NCBI GenBank assembly: GCA_017452475.1
Contig: JAFTMJ010000075.1
Location: 2,962 to 66,961, forward strand
Direction: 5' to 3'
From: Clostridia bacterium
GTDB lineage: Bacteria > Bacillota > Clostridia > Oscillospirales > CAG-272
Length of the DNA stretch: 64,000 nt
Both the position numbers and the translations under genes were made by a program. The stretch's first letter is position 1; every line of letters starts with the position of its first letter. Under the pieces are notes generated by a model. It had not been told where the DNA came from. It was given only the letters and a program-made list of their open reading frames with translations, and searched no databases. Shown piece by piece: positions 1-7,043 of this stretch.

Positions 1-381
1 TACATTGTCCTTTTTAATAGCATTGTGCACAAAAGTAAGCGCAGGCTCGCGGATTTCCTCATAGCCATAAGTAGAGAAGTAGCTTGCTAAAAATGCTGTT
101 AGCATGGCAAGAATGATAATACCTGCATAAATTAAAGCATAAAAAACACGCCTTTTTTCGTGGAAGCAAAGCTTGTTTTTAACAATGCCAATAAAAAAGC
201 TGCTAACAAGGAAGGAGGCAACGGCACAGGCGCAGAAAACAATAATACCGTTTAATGTCCTGCCCAATACTAAAAGTAAAACTCCAATTACCTCACTTAG
301 TATAATGCCGAGTATAGCAATCGCGCGTACAATTTTTTCATTGCGCGAATAATAAAATTTTCTTTTTTCTTTTGTCTCCAT
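1..381 (-). CDS. Integral membrane protein; the C-terminal part runs off the left edge (partial)
   Basis: Absent from the ORF track because it is open at the window edge. A reverse-strand ATG at 379-381 opens a frame reading METKEKRKFYYSRNEKIVRAIAILGIILSEVIGVLLLVLG... with several hydrophobic helices and no stop before position 1. Confidence 0.45.
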   Translation of the reverse strand, partial: METKEKRKFYYSRNEKIVRAIAILGIILSEVIGVLLLVLGRTLNGIIVFCACAVASFLVSSFFIGIVKNKLCFHEKRRVFYALIYAGIIILAMLTAFLASYFSTYGYEEIREPALTFVHNAIKKDNV

Positions 382-530
382 TATATCCCACCGATAATTT
401 TATTTGATACAAGTATACCACGAAAAGAGAAATTTGTAAATACCAAATGAAAAAACCGCTTTAAAATCCGTGTTTTATTAATATCTAAATATGAACATAT
501 AATCAAATGAACACAAAGACATATGAAATA

Positions 531-549
531 GGCTCCCAAAACGGGAGCC
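531..549 (-). terminator. Stem-loop downstream of the small ORF at 560-724
   Basis: GGCTCCC-N4-GGGAGCC hairpin followed on the minus strand by TATTT, which is a weak U-tract. Confidence 0.4.
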
Positions 550-559
550 TAAGGTGCGA

Positions 560-724
560 TTAGTGATTTTTCTTGCTGCCGTGCTTGATTTCACAAGCAC
601 CCTTATCGCAATCACCGTCACCACTCTTCATTTCTGTCCTTGCTCTGTTTGGCACAGGTGGGTTAGGTACATTTGCGATTTGGTCATTTGCTTTTTTCAT
701 TTCGGCCTTATTTTTCTTGCTCAT
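560..724 (-). CDS. Small hydrophilic basic protein of 54 aa, below the ORF-track length cutoff
   Basis: Reverse-strand ATG at 722-724 sits 5 nt downstream of GGGGGTG. The frame reads MSKKNKAEMKKANDQIANVPNPPVPNRARTEMKSGDGDCDKGACEIKHGSKKNH and ends at TAA 560-562, followed by a hairpin. Confidence 0.5.
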   Translation of the reverse strand: MSKKNKAEMKKANDQIANVPNPPVPNRARTEMKSGDGDCDKGACEIKHGSKKNH

Positions 725-771
725 TTTATCACCCCCAAGGTTAGTATGATAAAAATAGCTAAAAATATTCC

Positions 772-1290
772 TTAGTCATACTCAACTAAAATTTCCATTT
801 TATTTAAAGCATTAACAATTCTTTCAAATGCTCCCTCATCCTTAACAGAGATTGTATGCAGGTGTAAGCCCTCTGTTAGCTGGCTAAGCGGTGCGGCTTC
901 AGTTTCGGTAACCTTTTTTACAAATTCATCAACCTCATACCGCGAGGATAAATTCAAATCCGCGCAAATCCTGCCGTAAACAGAATGTTCAACAATAACA
1001 TCAATGGCTTTACCGCCGTTATCAACAATTGCGTAAAGCTCGTCCCTTAGCTGCTCACTTCCGTGCTTAACAGCTATTCTTTTAATAATGCCGTCGTTTT
1101 GCGCCTTTTCAAGAACATAACCGTAATGCTCCGCGCGGATTTGCTGCCCTGCTGCGCGCAAAAGAGCAATATCCGCAACAATTATCTGTCTTGTCACACC
1201 AAACGCCTCAGCCAAGCGTGTAGCGCTGATAGGAGAAGACGATTCTTGTAGTTTAATTAATATTTGGCTTCTTCTTTGTTCGTTTTTCAT
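772..1290 (-). CDS. niaR: Niacin-responsive transcriptional repressor NiaR (HTH plus 3H domain)
   Basis: 172 aa. The N-terminal HTH (ISATRLAEAFGVTRQIIVADIALLRAAG) and the C-terminal 3H-type domain (VKHGSEQ...VEHSVYG...LHLHTI) match. It is divergent from a nicotinamidase-like gene. Confidence 0.8.
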   Translation of the reverse strand: MKNEQRRSQILIKLQESSSPISATRLAEAFGVTRQIIVADIALLRAAGQQIRAEHYGYVLEKAQNDGIIKRIAVKHGSEQLRDELYAIVDNGGKAIDVIVEHSVYGRICADLNLSSRYEVDEFVKKVTETEAAPLSQLTEGLHLHTISVKDEGAFERIVNALNKMEILVEYD

Positions 1291-1388
1291 AATAACTTTC
1301 CTTTGTAAATCAATATATTTATTGTATCATACAAAATTATTAAAATCAAGAAATTTATAATTGACATTTACTTTTTCTTATGCAAAAG

Positions 1389-1412
1389 TTGTATACACAT
1401 ATGTGTAAACAA
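1389..1412. promoter_or_regulatory. Candidate NiaR operator, an imperfect 24-bp palindrome
   Basis: TTGTATACACATATGTGTAAACAA has a perfect 14-bp core, TACACATATGTGTA. It lies in the niaR/pncA divergent intergenic region, about 40 nt upstream of the pncA-like start. Confidence 0.4.
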
Positions 1413-1449
1413 ATTAAGTTGAAACAAAACTGAAAGGAAAAATGAAAAA

Positions 1450-1995
1450 ATGGAAAAGAAATATGCAGTGTTGGTAGTAGACATGTTAAACGATTTTGTA
1501 ACAGGCGCTCTAAAGTGCGACCGCGGCTTGGCAATCGTCCCAAAAACAAAGGAGCTTTTGGCTGGATGCCGTGAAAAGGGCGTTCCTGTAATTTTCTGTA
1601 ATGATGCTCACATTAAAGGAATCGACCACGAGCTTAAGTTCTGGGGCGACCACGCAATTGCAGGTACAAAGGGAGCTGAGGTAATTCCCGAGCTTGACCT
1701 TTGCGATAAGGACTACATAGTTCCAAAGCGCCGTTACAGTGGTTTTTTCCAAACAGACTTGAAGCTTTTGCTTGATGAGCTTGGTGTAAATACAGTTATT
1801 ATGACAGGACTTCATGCCCATATGTGCGTTCGTCACACCTCAGCGGATGCATACCAGTATGGCTACGATGTTGTGGTTGCAAAGGACGCAACCGACTCCT
1901 TCACCGAAGAAGACTATAACTACGGCATCAAGTACCTAAAGGAAACCTACGACGCAGTAATTTCCGACGTTGATTCAATCCTAAAGATGCTATAA
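1450..1995 (+). CDS. pncA: Isochorismatase-family cysteine hydrolase, probably nicotinamidase
   Basis: 181 aa with the D/K/C triad context (VVDMLNDF, PKRRYSGF, GLHAHMCV). The nicotinamidase assignment is supported by the divergent pairing with niaR. Confidence 0.7.
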   Translation: MEKKYAVLVVDMLNDFVTGALKCDRGLAIVPKTKELLAGCREKGVPVIFCNDAHIKGIDHELKFWGDHAIAGTKGAEVIPELDLCDKDYIVPKRRYSGFFQTDLKLLLDELGVNTVIMTGLHAHMCVRHTSADAYQYGYDVVVAKDATDSFTEEDYNYGIKYLKETYDAVISDVDSILKML

Positions 1996-2000
1996 AAGCT

Positions 2001-2028
2001 AACCCCTCACGCTTGTGAGGGGTTTTAT
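2001..2028 (+). terminator. Rho-independent terminator of the pncA-like gene
   Basis: AACCCCTCAC-GCTT-GTGAGGGGTT stem-loop followed by a T-rich tail. Confidence 0.8.
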
Positions 2029-2062
2029 CGTGAAAAGGAATAAGGGCAACAGGCAAGGATAC

Positions 2063-2328
2063 GGGAAGGCTCCTAACGGAGCTATTTTTGCCCGACCTTT
2101 TCCTTGCAAGCAGAGAACGGTCTTGGTCAAAAATGCGAACCCAATCCAAAATGCAATGCATTTTGAAGATGGGTCGATTCGTTGTTTTTAGCACCCGCAA
2201 CTTTATGGGAAGGCTCCTAACGGAGCTATTTTTGCCCGACCTTTTCCTTGCAAGCAGAGAACGGTCTTGGTCAAAAATGCGAACCCAATCCAAAATGTAA
2301 CGCATTTTGGAGATGGGTCGATTCGTTG
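2063..2328. repeat. Tandem direct repeat: two 122-bp copies (2063-2184 and 2207-2328) with a 144-bp period
   Basis: I see only 3 mismatches between the copies when aligning by eye. Each copy contains a GCTCC-TAAC-GGAGC hairpin and an AAAATGC-AAT-GCATTTT hairpin. Confidence 0.9.
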
Positions 2329-2336
2329 CAGGAACT

Positions 2337-2373
2337 AAAAAAGCCATAGCACAAAAATGTGCTATGGCTTTTT
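2337..2373. terminator. Bidirectional terminator hairpin between the repeat region and tRNA-Arg
   Basis: AAAAAAGCCATAGCAC-N6-GTGCTATGGCTTTTTT, with an A-run and a T-run on the two sides. Confidence 0.8.
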
Positions 2374-2448
2374 TGGCACCCGCAACGGGAATCGAACCCA
2401 TAACTAACCCTTAGGAGGGGTTTATTATATCCATTTAACTATGCAGGC
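2374..2448 (-). tRNA. tRNA-Arg (anticodon CCT)
   Basis: Hand-folded 75-nt cloverleaf: acceptor GCCTGCA/TGCGGGT, D-arm GTTA-AATGGATA-TAAT, anticodon arm AACCC-CTCCTAA-GGGTT, T-arm ATGGG-TTCGATT-CCCGT, with an encoded CCA. Confidence 0.9.
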
Positions 2449-2493
2449 ATAATGGCTAACTTGAGTCAGCCATAATATTATAACAGAAACTTT

Positions 2494-3240
2494 CTAAAAT
2501 TTCAAGTCTATTTTCCCTTTAAAAGCAGGTTTTTGTGAACTATTTTCAACCTGAAGGCTAACAGTGTTGTGTATAATGGGGCAAAACTCGTTTCCGGCAA
2601 CGACAAAATGCTCAATTAGCCTAATATCAAAGGCGTTGAATGCCGCCATTAGGTTAGCGGTTGTTTCAATATCGTCATTAGATGGGCAAACCGTGCCGTT
2701 TGGATGGTTATGCACAAGGACAACCATTGAAGCATTATGCTTAACAACCAAATCAAGTATTTTTCTTGCGGAAACATAGGTTGAGTTAACGCTACCCTCG
2801 TGGATTTTTGCAACAGTCAAAAGCTCAAACTTGTTGTTCAGGAGCATAACATAAACAATTTCCCGTTGCTCGCCAAAATACTTATTAACAAAGTATTCGC
2901 CGATTTTGTTGGCAGTATCGTAAACTGTAGTTTCCCTTAAGCTGTCACTTGCGTACCTGCTTGCAATCTGCGGCACCATCTTAATAAGGGTGGCGCTGCT
3001 TTCCTTAATCCCGTCAACCTGAATAAGCTCATCAAAGGAGGCATCAAAAACATCCTTAAGTGAGCCGAAGTGGTTAATTAGCTTGTGGGCAATCTCGTTT
3101 GTATCCTTCCTTGGGATGGAATAAAAGAGAAGAAGCTCTAAAATATTATGTGGCTCAAATCCCTGAAAGCCGTTTTCCAAAAACTTGTTTTTAAGGCGCT
3201 GCCTATGCCCATCATGCAATCCAACCTTTTCCTTTGCCAT
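2494..3240 (-). CDS. radC: RadC-family JAB/MPN domain protein
   Basis: 248 aa. N-terminal HhH region (HGHRQRLKNKF...ELLLFYSIPRKDTNEIAHKLINHFGSL) and a JAMM motif (HNHPNG...PSNDD). Confidence 0.85.
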   Translation of the reverse strand: MAKEKVGLHDGHRQRLKNKFLENGFQGFEPHNILELLLFYSIPRKDTNEIAHKLINHFGSLKDVFDASFDELIQVDGIKESSATLIKMVPQIASRYASDSLRETTVYDTANKIGEYFVNKYFGEQREIVYVMLLNNKFELLTVAKIHEGSVNSTYVSARKILDLVVKHNASMVVLVHNHPNGTVCPSNDDIETTANLMAAFNAFDIRLIEHFVVAGNEFCPIIHNTVSLQVENSSQKPAFKGKIDLKF

Positions 3241-3315
3241 AGCTTACAACTCCCTTCTAAAAAGATATACATAAAATATTTTATCATATTAAATCGGTTA
3301 TGTCAACTTATTTTA

Positions 3316-3344
3316 TTGACAATAGGCATTAAATGTGATAAACT
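3316..3344 (+). promoter_or_regulatory. Sigma-A type promoter of the three-gene module
   Basis: TTGACA (3316-3321), 17-nt spacer, TAAACT (3339-3344). Confidence 0.6.
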
Positions 3345-3372
3345 AAAGTATATTAAGTCGAAAGGGTACACT

Positions 3373-4128
3373 ATGTTCAAGGTTAAGATAGCGGGCTTCG
3401 TGATAGAGGTCGACAACAAGTATGGCTATATTGAAAGGCTATGCTCAAAATATAAATACCAAGGTAACGGGGCGGATTTTTGCGCCACCTGCACTGAGGA
3501 AGAAATTGATAATGAATATATAGCTGCCCAAAGCGACGAGGAGATTAAAAATCTGCTCCTTTCAATGAACACTGAACAACAGCGGGGCTATTTAGAGGGT
3601 GTTTGTATATATAGGTCAATTTGTCTACAGCTCCCGGAGCGCGGCTCCTTCGTTATGCACGCCGCAACCATCGAGGTTGACGGGCAGGCATATGCTTTTA
3701 CAGCCCGTAGCGGCACAGGAAAAAGTACCCATATTGCCTTGTGGAAGCAATATCTTGGGGACAGGGTTCAAATTGTAAATGGGGACAAGCCAATTGTCCG
3801 TGAAATAGACGGTGTTTTCTATGCCTACGGCACACCTTGGTGCGGTAAAGAGGGGTGGAACCGTGATGTTTGCGTGCCTCTTAAGGGTCTTTGCTTTGTA
3901 GAACGAGCAAAGGAAAATAGCATCAGCAAGCTCCCGTTAGATGAGGCGGCAAGCCGTATAATGAAGCAAATTTTAATTCCCAAGGACGCAATGGGTGCAA
4001 TTAACACCTTTGACCTTGTGGATAGAATGTTAAATAAGGTAAATTGCTGGCTTTTGGGCTGTAATATTTCAGTTGAAGCAGCCGAAATAGCGTATAAGGC
4101 AATGAGTGGAGGAAAAAATGAAGATTAA
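3373..4128 (+). CDS. HprK/PEPCK-fold-like P-loop protein with an unassigned roughly 100-aa N-terminal domain
   Basis: ATG at 3373 follows AAAGGG. The upstream part of track ORF 3148 overlaps radC and the promoter. The P-loop FTARSGTGKSTH is followed by IVNGDKPIV and GTPWCGKEG, which resembles HPr-kinase-related kinases found next to PqqD proteins. Confidence 0.6.
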   Translation: MFKVKIAGFVIEVDNKYGYIERLCSKYKYQGNGADFCATCTEEEIDNEYIAAQSDEEIKNLLLSMNTEQQRGYLEGVCIYRSICLQLPERGSFVMHAATIEVDGQAYAFTARSGTGKSTHIALWKQYLGDRVQIVNGDKPIVREIDGVFYAYGTPWCGKEGWNRDVCVPLKGLCFVERAKENSISKLPLDEAASRIMKQILIPKDAMGAINTFDLVDRMLNKVNCWLLGCNISVEAAEIAYKAMSGGKNED

Positions 4129-4384
4129 GAACGGATTTATATTAAGAGATGTTGGCGGTAAGACCTTCGTAGTTGCCGTTGGCGAGAGAAGCCGCGAGTT
4201 TAAGGGTATGATAACCTTGAATGAAACAGGCAAGCTTATTTGGCAAACCCTTGAAAAGGGCGCAACCGTTGAAGAGGTTGTTAACGCAATCCTTGCCGAG
4301 TATGAGTGCGATGACAAGGCGCTGGTTGAAAGCGATGTAAACGCCTTTATTGCTAAGCTTGAGGGAGATGGCATCCTTGAATAA
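4118..4384 (+). CDS. PqqD-family protein (RiPP recognition element-like)
   Basis: 88 aa from ATG 4118, with GGAGG at 4108-4112. MKIKNGFILRDVGGKTFVVAVG...LNETGKLIWQTLEKGATVEEVVNAILAEYECDDKALVESDVNAFIAKLEGDGILE is the typical PqqD pattern. It overlaps the upstream gene by 11 nt. Confidence 0.8.
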   Translation: MKIKNGFILRDVGGKTFVVAVGERSREFKGMITLNETGKLIWQTLEKGATVEEVVNAILAEYECDDKALVESDVNAFIAKLEGDGILE

Positions 4385-4841
4385 TTCAGGTGTTAGCTTA
4401 AAGGAATTTTGGCCAATAATGAAGGAGGTTATCGAAAGTGGCGGGGAGTTTACCTTCAAGCCCAACGGTATTAGTATGATGCCTCTTATTAGGCAGGGCG
4501 TGGATGAGGTTGTCCTCGTTTCTCCAAGCAACATTAAGCTTGGGGACGCGGTTTTTTACCAAAGAGATAACGGTCAGTTCGTTCTGCACCGCATTGTGAA
4601 AATCAAAAACGGTGAGTATGTTATGTGCGGGGACAATCAGTTTGATTTGGAATACGGCATAACCGACAAGCATATTTTGGCAAAAATGAAGTGTGTCATT
4701 CGTGACGGTCAGGTAATTGATGAGTCGAACAAAAAATACCGCAAGTATGTTAAAGGCTTACCTATGCGCCGCTTCAAGAAGCGCACACATAATTTCCTTG
4801 GCAGAGTAAAAAGAAAAATATTTAAAAAGAAGGCAAAATGA
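4368..4841 (+). CDS. S24/S26-family peptidase, SipW/ER-type Ser-His dyad, with no membrane anchor
   Basis: Ser motif NGISMMPLI and His motif FVLHRIV. There is no hydrophobic segment, and the C-terminal tail is very basic (KKYRKYVKGLPMRRFKKRTHNFLGRVKRKIFKKKAK). The start is uncertain: ATG 4368 or TTG 4350. Confidence 0.7.
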   Translation: MASLNNSGVSLKEFWPIMKEVIESGGEFTFKPNGISMMPLIRQGVDEVVLVSPSNIKLGDAVFYQRDNGQFVLHRIVKIKNGEYVMCGDNQFDLEYGITDKHILAKMKCVIRDGQVIDESNKKYRKYVKGLPMRRFKKRTHNFLGRVKRKIFKKKAK

Positions 4842-4857
4842 TTTTTGCCTTCTTTTT
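4824..4857. terminator. Bidirectional terminator between the S24 peptidase gene and rlmA
   Basis: AAAAAGAAGGCAAAA-TGA-TTTTTGCCTTCTTTTT. Confidence 0.8.
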
Positions 4858-4861
4858 AAAT

Positions 4862-5689
4862 TCAAATTTTTCTGTAAATAGAGAAGTTTACCTCAACAGT
4901 TGTGGTAATTTCATCCACTCCCTCAAGCTTTTTCTTATCCTCAAGGGATGTACGGTGGTAATACGGCGTCATTGTAAACAGGTTCTTAATAGCTTCATTG
5001 CCACTTATTTTTGCCGTGTATTTTAAATTGTCACAGCGCAAAAGCTCAAAGCCCTCATAGTTAAGAATTTTTTCTTCATTTTTATAAACACTGTCATAAA
5101 TAACCGCCTTAAGCCCGTCTAAGTGGTCAATTCCCGCGGAGGCAACTATAAAGTGCCCACCCTGCTTTAAGGTACGCCTAAATTCCTCACCTGCAACAGG
5201 TGCAAACATATTTACAATTAAGTCGGTGCTTTCGTCATTAACGGGCAATTCAAAGATACTTCCAACAGTGTAGATAACATTATTTATACCCTGCCTCTTT
5301 GCGCTTTTTGCGCCATGCTCACAGCCGAATTTTGACATATCTACACCAATTACAAGGCGAGACGTGTCTGATTTTGCTATGTTTTCAGTGTAATATCCTT
5401 CACCACAGCCCGCATCAATAACAAGCCTTGGCTTAAGCTCATTTGCAAGGGCGCAAATCTTATTGCAAATGGCACTGTAAGCGCCGCTTGTAAAAAAGGA
5501 AGTGCGCGCATTAATCATATCCTTGCTATCCCCTGCGTGAGCATTATTTTTTTTGCCGGGCTTTAGTAAGTTCACATAACCCGAGGCAGCTATGTCAAAG
5601 GAATGATTGCCTCGGCACTTTAAGCTCCTGTCCTTAATGGTTAGGGGAAGAGAGCAAATTGGACAAATCAAATTATCAAATATATTCAT
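4862..5689 (-). CDS. rlmA: 23S rRNA (guanine-N1)-methyltransferase, RlmA family
   Basis: N-terminal Zn motif CPICSLPL...CRGNHSFDIAASGYVNLL and SAM motif VIDAGCGEGYY. Confidence 0.8.
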   Translation of the reverse strand: MNIFDNLICPICSLPLTIKDRSLKCRGNHSFDIAASGYVNLLKPGKKNNAHAGDSKDMINARTSFFTSGAYSAICNKICALANELKPRLVIDAGCGEGYYTENIAKSDTSRLVIGVDMSKFGCEHGAKSAKRQGINNVIYTVGSIFELPVNDESTDLIVNMFAPVAGEEFRRTLKQGGHFIVASAGIDHLDGLKAVIYDSVYKNEEKILNYEGFELLRCDNLKYTAKISGNEAIKNLFTMTPYYHRTSLEDKKKLEGVDEITTTVEVNFSIYRKI

Positions 5690-5768
5690 ATTAGCTCCAA
5701 TATTTCTTGCATTTTCCTTTAAATTATACTATAATTATAGTGTAAATTCAAGTGAAAGGCGACATTTT

Positions 5769-7043
5769 ATGCTAAAGATAGGACAAAGATTTAAGGTAAA
5801 AATTGAAGACACTAATATTTTTGCAAACGGCATCTGCCGCCTTGACAATATGGTTGTTTTTGTAAAGGGAGCAATAACAGGTGAGGAGTGTGAAATTGAA
5901 ATTACCGATGTATACCCAAAATATGCCTTCGCCACCTGCAAATCAGTCCTTGCCCCGTCCATTCACAGGGTTGAACCGTCTTGTCCATATGTTGATAGTT
6001 GCGGCGGATGTGCCTTTTCTCACTTAACCTGTGAATTTGAAAATGAAATCAAGGAAGGCTATGTTAAATCCGCATTTGCCAAGCAGCATTTGGATGTTGA
6101 AGTCGAAAAAATAGTCAGCCCTGTGTCGGTAAATTACAGAAACAAGGTTGTTCTTTTCTATAACGGTACCTCCTTTGGCTATATGTCGCAGGGCACAAAC
6201 ACCGTCATCCCTCACAAAAGATGCTTGCTGAACTCCCCTTTGTTTGATGAAATTGCAAGCTTTACCGCAAAGGAGCTTAAGGGCACACCCCTCCGCGCCC
6301 TGTTTTTGCGTAAGTCCTATGATGAAAAGGAAATAATGGTTTGCCCAATATTTTTTGAAAAAACTAACATTATACCCTATGCCTCAAAGCTTGTTTACCG
6401 CTTTCCAAATGTAAAGGCGGTGTTATACGGCGTATCAAAGGAAAAGAGCTTCGCCCTTGAAAAGGTAAAAATGTCAAATGTATACGGTGACGGCTACATA
6501 AATGACACCTTGTGCGGAATAGATTTTAGAATTTCCCCCGACTCATTTTATCAGGTTAACCACACCTGCACGGAGCTTTTGTATGAAAAAGCAATTGAGC
6601 TGGCAGACCTAAATAAGGACAGTATCTGCGCAGACCTGTTTTGCGGCACAGGCACAATTGGCATAATAGCCGCAAAAAGAACAGGCGCCACTGTCTATGG
6701 CGTGGAAATTGTGGAAAGCGCAGTGAAGGATGCACGGCATAACGCAAAAGCGAATAATATTAGAAATGCTCACTTTGAAGCAATGGACGCAAGTAAATTC
6801 AACAAGCAGGTGGACACCTGCATCATCGACCCACCGCGTAAGGGCTGCAGCCTCTTTATGATTGAAACATTAAAACGCTTAAATCCCCAAAAAATCGTTT
6901 ACGTCTCCTGCAATACCGACACAATGACAAGAGATATAAAAGCACTGTCAGAAAACTATAAAATATCCACCCCTGTGTCTGTTTTTAATCTTTTCCCTCG
7001 CACAAGCCACGTAGAAAGTGTTGTTTGTCTGTCACGAAAATAA
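5769..7043 (+). CDS. rlmD: 23S rRNA (uracil-C5)-methyltransferase, RumA/RlmD family (TRAM, 4Fe-4S and MTase domains)
   Basis: ATG at 5769. TRAM domain (KIGQRFKVKIEDT...), Cys cluster CPYVDSCGGCAFSH, then FYQVN, DLFCGTGTIG, DPPRKG and the C-terminal FPRTSHVESVVCL. Confidence 0.85.
   Translation: MLKIGQRFKVKIEDTNIFANGICRLDNMVVFVKGAITGEECEIEITDVYPKYAFATCKSVLAPSIHRVEPSCPYVDSCGGCAFSHLTCEFENEIKEGYVKSAFAKQHLDVEVEKIVSPVSVNYRNKVVLFYNGTSFGYMSQGTNTVIPHKRCLLNSPLFDEIASFTAKELKGTPLRALFLRKSYDEKEIMVCPIFFEKTNIIPYASKLVYRFPNVKAVLYGVSKEKSFALEKVKMSNVYGDGYINDTLCGIDFRISPDSFYQVNHTCTELLYEKAIELADLNKDSICADLFCGTGTIGIIAAKRTGATVYGVEIVESAVKDARHNAKANNIRNAHFEAMDASKFNKQVDTCIIDPPRKGCSLFMIETLKRLNPQKIVYVSCNTDTMTRDIKALSENYKISTPVSVFNLFPRTSHVESVVCLSRK
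7007..7030 (+). repeat. Direct repeat copy 1 (the 3' coding end of rlmD)
   Basis: CCACGTAGAAAGTGTTGTTTGTCT matches 7983-8006 at 23 of 24 positions. Confidence 0.9.

Noticed and set aside
554-775. A 73-aa plus-strand ORF
   Set aside because: It has no SD and a Cys/Phe-rich nonsense-like sequence. It is antisense to a better-supported 54-aa ORF that has an SD and a terminator.
1928-2401. A 157-aa minus-strand ORF and a 70-aa plus-strand ORF (2088-2300) spanning the tandem repeat
   Set aside because: Both stay open only because the 144-bp period is a multiple of 3. The minus ORF runs through a terminator hairpin and into the tRNA. There is no SD, and the products are implausible low-complexity sequences.
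3148-3372. The N-terminal extension of the HprK-like ORF as listed in the track
   Set aside because: It overlaps the radC start and the module's own promoter. An internal ATG at 3373 has an SD and begins the conserved-looking MFKVKIAG sequence.
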